From contig NC_058135.1 in NCBI RefSeq assembly GCF_016433145.1, positions 275,260,214 to 275,324,213 of the forward strand: a stretch of DNA of 64,000 nt. Direction: 5' to 3'. The notes under the pieces are model-generated. The model was given only the letters and a program-made list of their open reading frames with translations, was not told the origin of the DNA and did not search any database. Made by a program: the position numbers and the translations under genes. Positions 41,238 to 52,968 of this stretch are shown one piece after another. The first letter of the stretch is position 1. Each line of letters opens with the position of its first letter. This DNA is from Gracilinanus agilis. Taxonomy: Eukaryota.

Positions 41238-43244
41238 TAAAGAGATTAGAGAGAGGAAATACTTAATGCTTAAGTACATTGAAATCAACTTAAAGAGTGA
41301 AGAACAATCACATCCATTGGGGCAGAGAATTGATTCACGCCCTATAGAGAAGGAGAAGGGTAACAAAAGGACTGCTGGGGAGGGAAGTAACTCTAGGGAA
41401 AGAGAGAGAGAGAAGGTGGCAGTTTAAAAAGATCCAAAAGAAGAATAAGAGGGGAATAAGAAGGGAGAGGGGAGGAAAGGAAGTACAATAAGGGAGGGGA
41501 TCAGGGGAAGTGATTAAAAAGAAAACACTGGTATAGGAGGAAATAGTGAAATAAGAAAGGACAGGACAAGGAGAGAGAATCAAAATGTCTGGGAATGCAC
41601 AGATGATAATTATAACTCTGAAGGTAAATGGGATGAACTCACCCATAAAATGGAAGCAAATAGCAGAGTGGATTAGAAACTAAAATCCTACCATATGTTG
41701 TCCACAAGAAACACACATGAGACATGTAGACATATATACAGTAAAGATGAAATGATGGAGCAGAATCTTTTGGGCTTCAAATGAGAAAAAGAAGGCAGGG
41801 GTTGCCATCATGATCTCAGACAGAGCCAAAGTAAAAATAGATATGGTTAAAAGAGATAGGGAATGTAACTACATCCTAATAAAAGGCAGTATAAACAATA
41901 AAGAAATGTAAGTAGTCAACATGTATGCACCAAATGGTATACCCTCCAAATTTCTAAAGAAGAATCTAGTGGAGCTCAAGGATGAAATAGTTAGCAAAAC
42001 CATACTAGTGGGGGACCTCAACCTTCCCCTATCAGATCTAGATAAATCACACCAAAAAATAAATAAGAAAGAGATAAGAGGTTAATGAAACCCTAGAAAA
42101 ATTAGAGTTAGTAGATATATGGAGAAAAATAAATAGGGACAAAAAGGAATACAACTTCTTTTCAGTAAAAGAACTATTGAATTAATAAATAAGACTAGAA
42201 GCTGGTATTTTGAAAAAAAACAGATAAAATAGACAAAGTACTAGTTAATCTAATTAAAAAAAGGAAAGAAGAACGTCAAATTAATAGTATCAAAGATGAA
42301 AAGGGAGACCTCACCTCTAATGAAGAGGAAATTAAGGCAATCATTAAAAACTATTTTGTCCAATTATATAGCAATAAATATAGCAATCTAGGTGATATGG
42401 ATGAATATTTACAAAAATATAAATTGCCTAGATTAACAGCAGAAGAAATAGAATACTTAAATAATCCCATATCAGAAAAAGAACTTGAACAAGCTATCAA
42501 AGAACTCTCTAAGAAAAAATCGCCAGGGCCTGATGGATTCACAAGTGAATTCTATCAAACATTCAAACAACTAATCCCAATACTATACAAATTATTTCAT
42601 ATAATAAGCAAAGAAAGAGCCCTACTAAATTCCTTTCATGACACAAATATGGCACTGATTCCAAAGCCAGGTAGATAAAAAGCAGAGAAAGAAAATTACA
42701 GACCAATCTCCCTAATGAACATAGATGCAAAAATCTTGAACAGAATACTAGAAAAAAGACTCCAGAAAGTGATCAAAAGGGTTATTCATAATGATCAGGT
42801 GGGATTTATACCAGGATGCAAGAATGGTTCAACATTAGGAAAACCATTCACATAATTGACCATATCAACAAGCAAACCAACAAAAACCACATGATTGTCT
42901 CAATGGATGATGAAAAAGCCTTTCTTAAAATACAACATCCATTCCTACTGAAAACACTAGAAAGTATAGAAATAGAAGAACCTTTCCTAAAAATATTACA
43001 CAGTATATATCTAAAACCATCAACAAGCATTATATGCAATGGGGATAAATTAGAAGCCTTCCTAATAAGATCAAGTGTGAATCAAGGATGCGCATTATCA
43101 CCTCTATTATTTAACATTGTACTAGAAACACTAACAGTAGCAATTAGAGAAGAAAAAGAAATTGAAGGCATTAAAATAGGCAATGAAGAGACTAAGCTTT
43201 CACTCTTTGCAGATGATATGATGGTCTACTTAAAAAATCCTAGA

Positions 43245-43422
43245 GGGCAGCTGGGTAGCTCAGTGGAGTGAGAGTCAGGCCTAGAGACAGGAGGTCCTAG
43301 GTTCAAACCTGGCCTCAGCCACTTCCCAGCTGTGTGACCCTGGGCAAGTCACTTGACCCCCATTGCCCACCCTTACCAATCTTCCACCTATGAGACAATA
43401 TGCCGAAGTACAAGGGTTTAAA
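43245..43422 (+). mobile_element. young tRNA-derived SINE (SINE1_Mdo-like) in the L1 RT domain
   Basis: Typical head and A tail; 14-bp TSD AAAAAATCCTAGAG. Confidence 0.95.
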
Positions 43423-43750
43423 AAAAAATCCTAGAGAATAAACTAAAATCTAGTAGAAATAATCAACAATGTTAGCAAAGTTGCAGGATACAAAATAAAT
43501 GCACATAAATCATCAGAATTTCTTTATATTTCCAACATATCACAGCAGCAAGAGGTAGAAAGAGAAACACTATTTAAAATCGCCCTAGGCAATAAAAAGT
43601 ACTTATGAATCTATTTACCAAAACAAAAACAGGAATTATATGAACACAACTAAAAAACACTTTCCAAAAATTAAAACTAGATCTAAACAATTGGAAAAAC
43701 ATTGACTGCTCATGGGTAGTGTTATGTAGAGATAGAAAGCAAATAAATCT

Positions 43751-45140
43751 TCAATCCCGTACCACATGGCCAATTTTTGAACATAGGAAACATCTCTTTA
43801 CTTTGTTGTTACCACTGCCACTAGATGATTGCCTAGGCCTGCTTTGGTTCCTCTGATTGGTGGACATCAGAGCCATATTTTTAATTTCTTCCACTTCCCT
43901 GGCCTTTTGAGCTTCCCTCAATTGCTTTTTTAGCTCAGCAATCTCTCGATCTTTTTTCAGAGGTTCTAGATGGTTTAGATTCACTATCCTTTGAGTCATG
44001 GATATAAGCCGCTGTCTTCCTCAATTCCTCAATGGGCATGGTCTCCCATTGTGGGCAATGTAGTCTAAAATATGTCTGGATATAGTTCTGACTCCCATTC
44101 ACAAATTTCCTCCTGACATGCTGAATGTTGTCCTCAGCAGTCATGTCCCTAAACCCTAGGATAGTCTCCCCAGCTTCCAGTATTCTGTCTAGGTATATGC
44201 TCGGGTGTTCCTCCTCCCCCTCCTTAAACTTTTCAAATGAGCCCCATGCATTTGATCTTCTAGCATGAAGTCTCATTGCCTCTGCCAAGTCCTCCCTGCA
44301 TCTCCTAATATATGTCATGTTTGCATGGGATGACAGCTCCAGATCTTGATGCTGTTCTGGCCATGATGCTAGATTGGGATTGGTCCTTGTTTCTGCAATA
44401 AATTTAGCTTTCTCACTTGGGGTAAATAGTTCTGATAATAGGAGTTCAGTGTCTTCGAAATTTGGATTGTACAACCTGATTGCCCATTTAAATTCTTTTA
44501 TTGCCTTATGTGGATTTACGAAAAACTGGGGGAACCTCCTTTTTAAAATTTCTAGATCCCCTCCGGTAAATGGTTTGTACCCCTTCACGTGTATGATTCC
44601 AGCATCCAGTTGCACTATTGTCCAGTCTGTAATGGGAAGGATTGTTACAGGAGCTGTCTCTGCCCCTGCAACTTCTTGCTTTTCTGGGTTGTCATGTTTA
44701 ATCTCTTGTAGTATTTCACCCCATTTCTTTGTTGTGACCATGTTTTCTATTATTTCCAACTGCATAATTGTCTTGGCATCTAATTCCTTCCCTTCTCTAA
44801 TTTGCTTGTTAATCTCTATCAGTGTCTTCATATATTCCAACATATGTTCCATAACCAGGTTAGTAACTTCAGCCTTTCCAAATGTGAAAGCTAGAAACTT
44901 CCTCAAAATCATTAGGGACCCATAGCAAGTTGCAGTCATGGCTATCCCTGATGGTACATAAGCCAAGGCATCCCCCACAGTTATCGTTAGCCACAGGTAA
45001 GTATCATAAAGTTCTATCGCTGTTTTAAAAAATTGGGGAACTGTGACAAACCAAAATGTGGCACAAGTCTGCCAAATCCTATACATTAAAACTCCAGAGC
45101 ACCCCAAGGTAATAATTGCTCTATTGATCATGCTGGCCAT
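43751..45140 (-). pseudogene. class I ERV gag (about 460 codons; p30 capsid, MHR, CCHC knuckle) with one frameshift and a terminal TGA
   Basis: KPFTGGDL...YNPNFEDTELLL...TPSEK (Gag_p30-like); EGEEEHPSIYLDRILE (MHR); CFLCSKIGHVVRD* (CX2CX4HX4, last Cys codon reads TGA); one extra A in the run at 43952-43957. Confidence 0.88.
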
Positions 45141-45174
45141 ATATCTCTTCTCCACTAGGTTCTATAGTAAAAAA

Positions 45175-45192
45175 TCCTAGGCTTGCTGGCCA
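45175..45192 (-). promoter_or_regulatory. degenerate retroviral primer-binding site (tRNA-Arg-like)
   Basis: TGGCCAGCAAGCCTAGGA versus TGGCGAGCCAGCCAGGA (complement of the tRNA-Arg(ACG) 3' end as recalled): 2 mismatches and 1 insertion. Confidence 0.55.
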
Positions 45193-46923
45193 AAACAGTA
45201 GATTGAGCTAACATAATAAAAATGACCATTCTACACAAATTAATTTACTTATTTAGTGCCATACTTATCAAACTACCAAAAAACTTTTTTACTGAATTAG
45301 AAAAAACTATAACAAAGTTCATTTGGAAGAACAAAAGATCAACGTTATCAAGGGAATTAATGAAAAAAAATGTGAAGGATGGTGGCCTAGCAGTACCAGA
45401 TATTAAACTATACCATAAAGCAGTGATCATTAAAAAAATATGGCACAGGCTAAGAGACAGAAGGGAGGATCAGTGGAATAGACTTGGGGTAAGTGATGTC
45501 AGCAAAATAGTGTATGATATATCCAAAGATCCCAACTTTTTGGACAAAAATCCACTATTTGACAAAAACTGCTGGGAAAATTGGAAAACAATATGAGAGA
45601 GATTAGGTTTAGATCAACATCTCACACCCTACACCAAGATAAATGCAGAATGGGTGAATGACTTGAATATAAAGAAGGAAACTGTAAGTAAATTAAATGA
45701 ACACAGAGTAGTATATTTGTCAGATTTCTGGGAAAGAAAAGATTTCAAAACCACGCAAGAGTTAGAAAAAATTTACAAAATGTAAAACAAATAATTTTGG
45801 TTATATTAAATTAAAAATTTTTGTACAAACAAAAACAATGCAACCAAAATCAGAAGGGAAACAACAAACTGGGAAAAAACTCTTTATAACAAAAAATTCT
45901 GACAGAGGTATAATTACTCAAATATACAAGGAGTTAAACCAATTGTATAAAAAATCAAGCCATTGCCCAATTCATAAATGGACAAGGGACATGAATAGGC
46001 AAATAAAAATATCAATAAGCACATGGGAAAGTGTTTTAAATCTCTAATAATTAGAGAAATGCAAATCAAAACAACTCTGAAGTATCAGCTCACACCTAGA
46101 AGATTGGCTAAAATGATAGCAGAGGAGAGTAATAAATGTTGGAGGGGATGTTAATGCACTGCTGGTGAAGTTGTGAACTGATCCAACCATTCTGGATGGC
46201 CATTTGGAATTATGCCCAAACAGCAATAAAAGAATACCTGCCCATTTGATCCAGCCATACCATCTTTGAGTTTGTACCACAAAGAGATCATAGATAAATA
46301 GACCTGTCCAAAAATATTTATAGCTGCACTCTTCGTGGTGGTAAGAACCTGGAAAAATAGGGTACGCCCTTCAATTGGGGAATGGCTAACCAAATTGTGG
46401 TATATGTTGGTGATGGAATACTACTGTGCTCAAAGGAATAATAAACTGGAGGAATTCCATGTGAAGTGGAATGACCTCCAGGAACTGATGCAGCTTGAAA
46501 GGAGCAGAGCCAGAAGAACATTGTACACAGAGACTGATACACTGTGGTAAAATTGAATGTAATTGACTTCTTACTAGCAGCAATGCAATGACCCAGGACA
46601 ATTCTGAGGGATTTGTGGAAAAGAATGCTACCCACATTCAGAGGAAGAAGTATAGGAGAGGAAACACAGAAGAAAAACAATTGCTTGAACACTTGGGTTA
46701 ATGCAGACATGATTGGGGATGTAGACTTGAAAAGGCCATACCAATGCAACTGTCAATAATATGTATATAAGTCTTCAATGATGACACATGTTAAAACCAT
46801 TGGATAGACCCATTGGCTATGGGGTGGGGCGTTTGAGGAGGTGAATGTGAAAGTAAAAACATGAATCATGTAACCATGGAAATTTTTTCTAAAAATAAAA
46901 AAAATATATCTATTAAATACTTT

Positions 46924-48140
46924 CCAAGGATATTTATAGAAGCCCTCCTCTCCTCTATACTTTCCTCTATATTGTCCAATCTTGAGTTATTATAAAAATG
47001 ACCTTGTAGTTCCCTGGGCTGTTGTATAGTAGCAGGGGAATTTGTTTGGGTTAGACATGAAGTGTGTTCTTCATGGAGAAGCTGAGATAATCTTCTTATT
47101 ATATCTCCAGCTTGCTTAGGGTATTTCTGAAGTTTTTCTAAGAGAAAAATAGTTAAAAACTCCACATCCTATTATTATAATTATACCTAGGAGCAGTGTT
47201 AAGTATATCCATTGTGGTATACTCTCTGGGAATATGAGCCATTTGGAAATGGTATTAAAACTTATTTTGAATGGTTTTCTCATGTTTAAATTTAAGTAGT
47301 AGAATGCTTATAATTTCAGTTTTTGTCAGTAGAATGCACTATTGGCTAGGTTAGGAGGGCTATGGTTTTAAGGTGAAGGTGTAAGAATTCACAAGTTAGG
47401 GTGTAGTCCCAATAAGTATGCCACACCTCAAGATTTAATTAACTTTGCCTGGGGGGCAGGCTAGGAACCATTTGTCTGAGGATAAGTATAGAATTAAATA
47501 GCTTCTAAGAGTAAAAAAAAACCTCTAGAATCCATAACAATCACTTTTTCTAATAACAAAACTGAGCTAAACTCAATGGCTTTTTTCCAGTTTTTTTAGG
47601 GAGGTTTTTTACTAGATGAAATTGATTGGGATAGGGAGCAGAGATGCTTTCCTTCTAAGAGGGTTTTAAAAGTGTTTCTCTGGGTGTGGCCCTCACAGTT
47701 AGTTAAGAAACAAGTGGCTGTTTTGTTGTCAGTAAGGCAAACTAGTCAGGTTACAACTAAGGCAGCTGAAAGATATAATCCTTCCCAAAATCTGAGGGTG
47801 AGCTAATTGGAAACAATGTGAGATAATAGGTAAGGCCTATATAGCTATTTAAGAAACAAAGCAGCTGCTGCCAGTACTGCCAGCAAAAGATAGTTGGAAG
47901 ATAGAATCCTCTCTCCATTGTGGGAGGGGGTGGTTGGGGAACCAATTACCGAGATGTGGCTTTTTAGGACCCTGAGGCTAAAATTCAAACAGCTGTGTGC
48001 TATTTATTTTAAGGGAAAAGGAGAAAAAAATTGAACTTACCTCTTTACCTGTGTTGAGTTGAGGTTTACAGAGTGAAAGAAGTCAAGAAAATTTCAGAAG
48101 ACTGAGGGTAGTCAGCACAATCTAAGTGGTCAGCCAAAAT
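46924..48140 (-). mobile_element. ERV internal 5' region (PBS-like motif, leader, decayed gag N-terminus)
   Basis: LTR end ...CCCCCTTACA followed by ATTT-TGGCTGACCAC; ORF 46866-47165 reads up to the L1 TSD and appears to continue at 37863. Confidence 0.6.
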
Positions 48141-49683
48141 TGTAAGGGGGAATAGGGGATTTGGGGTTGAATATATTAAGGATGGTTGACAGAGGACTGA
48201 ACAATTATCAATCTTCAATTAAGAATAATCTCAAGTCAAAATTGACTTTTATGGAAGTTTATTTACAATTAAAAGAGAGAGAAAGTAAGAAAATTAGAGA
48301 GAGAATAAGACAGGATAAGTGATCTAACACACTGAGTAAATTGCTCTGGCCTCTGGTTCAAACCAGGCAGATTTTACTAGTCCTTAATTGGAAAAGATCA
48401 AGCCTTGAGCCAAGGGCAGGAGGCCCCAAGGCCCAGGAGGCATATGAAGCAAAGCTTTAGTCACAGAGTCTCTTTGAAAGGAAAGTTCCTTAAGATGCTG
48501 GAAGCCATCGAGGCTGTGAGGTTTAGCACGGCTACTCACAAGCTCTGACAATCCAGCACGGCAGGTTGTCAGGAGGATGGAAATTCTACACTCGGTTTAC
48601 CCCATTTGATTCTTTTTACAGTGACATTCACTTGTATCAAAATTATTGCAATCAATATCCTTATTTGGCTCCAAAGAGACATAAAAAACAATACAGGTTC
48701 ATGGCAAGAGCAATCACCACCATAGACTACCCACTATCCCAAAATAAACCCCTGTACAACCCCCTAAAGTATAGAAATTTCCCCTAAAATCAGCCCAGCA
48801 AAAAACCAACAGTTAGTGAGTTAATGCAAGTTTTTAAAGTTCCCAGCAAGAAAATACCTGGCCTGAGTTTGTTCCCAAACTCCTACAGACCAAAGAAACA
48901 GTGAAACACAAGGAAATTAAGGCAATGACAAATTAGCACAGAATCACCCTACCAGAACTGCATTCTTATTAACCCTATAGCAGAAAGAACAGCATGGGAA
49001 CAAAATTTGGACCAGACTGATATTATTGTATCTTATTGAATGTCATCAACTACCATAACTATCTCTTTGATTGATGATGGGAATGAATAGTATAATGTAA
49101 TTATATATATGATATAATTGGTTAAAATATGATTAACTATTATGCTTAGCTAGGAACTGATGTTATTGAAAAGAATAAGTTCCAACTAAGCCAGGCCATA
49201 ATGAATAATTCTTGACAAGCTTGCTTCTTTGTTTAACCACAATAAGATAATTAGTAAACGCCAATCTTGTGATGTTTCAAAAGTTAATATGTGATTTTGA
49301 AAGTATGGGAAAAACAAAACCTGTATGAGATCATAAAGAAAAAAAGGGTATAAAAATAAAAATCAGCAGATGGCACTAGAAGGAATAGCCTCTGCAATTT
49401 GACTTGCACTCTGGCGCGTTCTCACTCCATTCTTCACCACACCATCCCACCTCCAGAGACCCAACCAAGCAAAGAGCAGGCTCTTCACATTTAAGAGAAG
49501 TTCAGGAAGATTCAGTCTTACCACTCACCACATGAACAGTCTTGGTCATGAACCAGCAGAGCTTCCTCAGGTCCCCTTCACAAAACCAGATGCCCCTTGA
49601 CTCACTCAACACTCTCTTTTTAAAGGGGTCATTTATGTGTCACTTCCTGTGCCTCCCTCCTAGTTTCCATGTCCAATCACCAC
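48141..49683 (-). mobile_element. LTR sequence (5' LTR of the split ERV, possibly composite)
   Basis: Minus-strand TGTGGTG... start at 49683, ...TTACA end at 48141, AATAAA near 48260; internal structure unresolved. Confidence 0.45.
49096..49489 (+). mobile_element. possible nested solo LTR (394 bp)
   Basis: TGTAAT...TTCACA; imperfect 5-bp TSD TATAA/TTTAA; TATAAAAATAAAA motif. Confidence 0.45.
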
Positions 49684-49684
49684 A

Positions 49685-50985
49685 CAAAAAAACAGAGAAA
49701 GAAAACTAAAGACAAATCTCCTTAATAAACACAGATGCAAAAATCTTAAGTAAAATACTAGCAAAAAGACTCCAACAAGGTTTCATGAGGGTTATTAATT
49801 ATGACCACTTGGGATTTATACCATGAATGCAAGGATGGTTCAATATTAGGTGACCATATCAACAAGCAAACCAACAAAAATCACATGATCATATCAAATA
49901 GAGGCAGAAAAAGCCTTTGACAAAATACAACATTCATTCCTATTGAAAACACTGGAAAGTATAGGAATAGAAGGATCTTTCCTAAAAATAATAAACAGTA
50001 TATATCTAAAATCATTAGCAAGCATCATATGTGATGGAGACAAATTAGAAGCATTCCCAATAATATTAGGACTGTAACAAGGATGCCCATTATCACATCT
50101 ATTATTTAACATGGTACTAGAAACACTATCAGAGAAGAAAAAATTTGAAAGTATTAAAATAAGCAATAAGGAGACCAAGATATCACTCTTTGCAGATGAT
50201 ATAATGGTCTACTTAAAGAATACTAGAGAATCAACTAAAAAGCTAGTGGAAATAATCAACAACTTTAACAAAGTTGCAGTATACAAAATAAATGCACATA
50301 AATCATCAGCATTTCTATATATCTCCAACACATTCCAGTAGCAAGAGTTAGAAAGAGAAATTTCATTTAAAATCACCCTAGACAATATAAAATACTTAGG
50401 AACCTATCTACCAAAACAAACACAGGAATTATACGAACACAACTACAAAACACTTTCTACACAATTAAAGCTAAATCTCAACAATTGGAAAAACATTACT
50501 TGCTCTTGGATAGGACGAGCTAACATAATGAAAATAACAGTCCTTCCAAAATTAATTTAATTATCCTGTGCCATACCTATCAAACTATGAACAAATATTT
50601 TTACTGAATTAGAAAAAAAAACTATAACAAAGTTTATTTCGAAGAACAAAAGATCAAGCATATCAAGGGAAATAATGAAAAAAATGTGAAAGAGGGCAGG
50701 GTAGCAGCACTAGATCTTAAACTGTACTCTAAAGGAGTGGTCAGTGCAACAATATGGTACTGCTTAAAAAACAGAAGGGAGAATCCATGGAATAGACTTG
50801 GAGTAAATGAGCTCAGCAAGATAGACTATGATAAACCCAAAGAGTCCAGCTTTTGGGACAAAAATCCACCATTTAAAAAAAAAATCTGGGAAAATTGGAA
50901 AAAAAAGTATGTGATAGAATAGGTTTAGATCAATATCTCACACCCCACACCAAGATAAATTCAGAATGGGTGAGTGACTTGAATC
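49685..50985 (+). mobile_element. L1 ORF2 RT-region fragment
   Basis: Decayed RT peptides ([28 protein letters not shown]); homologous to 42670-45665. Confidence 0.9.
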
Positions 50986-51484
50986 TTTTATGTGTCCAAA
51001 TGATGAATAGAAATAATTTCTTACAGGGATCAGTGAAGTGATGCAACATCTATAAAGTTTGAACTTTGAATTAAGTTTTAATGAACACAAATGTATTGGA
51101 TGAAGGGCGTTCAGAGGCCTTTCTTTGAGAGTAGAGTTGTGAGAGGAAGTTTGCTGTTATGCCCCATTGGTTTGAGCTGGCAGCTTATTTAGTGTTATCC
51201 ATATAAATGTTACAATGCTCAAAGCAATTTAAGAAGTTAAAAATTAGGAATAGCTATTATTGTATGCATGTTTTAGAGAAACAGGAAGAGATATGGAATG
51301 GGAAAGAAAAAAAGACCATGTCTAATTTCATTCCCACTCCATATAGCCTTTCCATGACAATTTCAAATTAATTAGATGATATAAGCTCGCTAATGGGAAA
51401 TTTCAAATGTCCTCTTTTTAATACTCACACAGTTCCCTATGCATATGTGTACACATATTTTTATATATGCAAATGTACATATGT

Positions 51485-52095
51485 ATTGTTAACTTAGAAA
51501 AAAATGCAGAACTATTAAATAGTCATAAAACCACTCTTTAATCAAGGGAAAGGGAGATGAGGGCTACTTGGCCTCTTATGCAGAGCTGCGCCTTGTGCAG
51601 AGTCTAAAGGAAAGGAACACTGCTTCGCTCTGCTCCCTGATCCCCCTGGGAGTGCCACCACACTAGATGAGGACTCCCCTGAACAAAGGAAATTGGGGAA
51701 TTTATATACCATTTGGGAAGATCCTGGGGCTGGAGAAGATGATTGACATTATACTGACAGGACACAATCAAGCTAGAGAAAGGGATCATAGCCAGAGGCT
51801 AGGGTGTAGGTGAAAGGGACTGCTTACACAATGGAGACTAAAGGAATGGTCCCCCTGCCCAGGTAGTCTTCCTGGGAAGGGTCTTTGATACAATGGGGAA
51901 GACTACCTAGGACAAAAGGGTATTTAGCATTTACCCTAGGGTCCCTTATTCAGTCTGCAACTGCTAGCCTGAGATTTCCTTCAGGGTGGATTCTCACTGG
52001 AACAGGGAACAAGCACAAGCTTTTGGGGTCTCCAACCTACAAACTATTTCTAAACTTGGGGTTCATCATACCTCATTAAGCTACAAGTTTGGGAA
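51485..52095 (-). mobile_element. probable ERV LTR
   Basis: GC-richer block with minus-strand TATA and ATTAAA, ending ...GATTTCA on the plus strand; no TSD resolved. Confidence 0.45.
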
Positions 52096-52968
52096 CTCTA
52101 GATTTCATGTCGACAGTATCATTCATATATTTCCTGGAATACACACATATGTACTTATAGCTATTGTTACAGAAATATATGCATAAACATGTTTGATATA
52201 TGTATATACTTATATGTGTATAAACACACATTTGATTATATACATGAATACAAATTTCATTGCTAACCATAAAGAAGGAGAAGAAGAACAAGAACAAGAA
52301 GAAAATATTGATACAGGATTTTGAGATCTAAGAGGATTTGTCATTTCATCCTGAGAACATTATAGTGAAGTAGGTATTATGGGTATTCATATACTCATAT
52401 AAATGATAAAAACAGTTTTAGAGTGATTAATTAATTTTCTTCTTACTTCACATTATGTTAACAATAAATTTCATATCCAAATATTTCCTGAATTTAAATT
52501 TAGCAAGTTTCCCCCTTCTAGCAAGTATTACCACACTACCAGAAAGTTTTGTTAATCACTAAAGTTTAGAAATATTTTAGCTACCCCACAGCATCATGTT
52601 AAAATCTTAGAAAGAACAGATCTAGAGAGTTTATGTAATTTATGAAGTATCATACAGGTATTATAAGAAAGAATTAGGATTAAAACTCATGTACTCTATC
52701 CATTGTTATTTTGTTTTGTTTTGTTTTTACTTTTTTTCCCCACACTATATAAATCTGCTGAATAGTTCTTAATAGATAATAGAAATGAGTACAAGACTTA
52801 TAGTACAGTTCACAGAAGCAAAGGTAGTATTAGAGAGGAAAGAATTTGTTAGTTCTACTTGCTGCTTTCACAAACTTGGGGATTTTACCTCCAGGGGCTT
52901 ATTTTGATATTTGAAAATGAGAATGTAAATAAACTTTCATGTTTCACTACTAAAAATATATGATCCCA

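Larger units (their letters stand above)
43720..45197 (-). mobile_element. LTR-less gag-only ERV-derived insertion (1,478 bp)
   Basis: TGTTATG...CAAAACA ends (6/7 inverted repeat); exact TSD GTAG at 43716-43719 and 45198-45201; L1 ORF2 resumes in register; no terminal direct repeats. Confidence 0.85.
37873..46914 (+). mobile_element. near full-length decayed L1 LINE with four nested insertions
   Basis: 5' TTCTGGGAAGATGGCG; ORF1 at about 38780-39880; ORF2 from about 41605 with [14 protein letters not shown] and LFADDM; 3' UTR and A tail at about 46890; TSD AAGTACTTT/AAATACTTT. Confidence 0.92.

Noticed and set aside
43950-43960. Programmed -1 frameshift at the A6 run in gag
   Set aside because: Reaching the NC tail needs +1 (or -2), and there is no in-frame X XXY YYZ heptamer; a homopolymer indel is simpler.
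44374-44925. 183-aa plus-strand ORF antisense to gag
   Set aside because: No recognisable motif; best explained as a shadow frame of the open gag.
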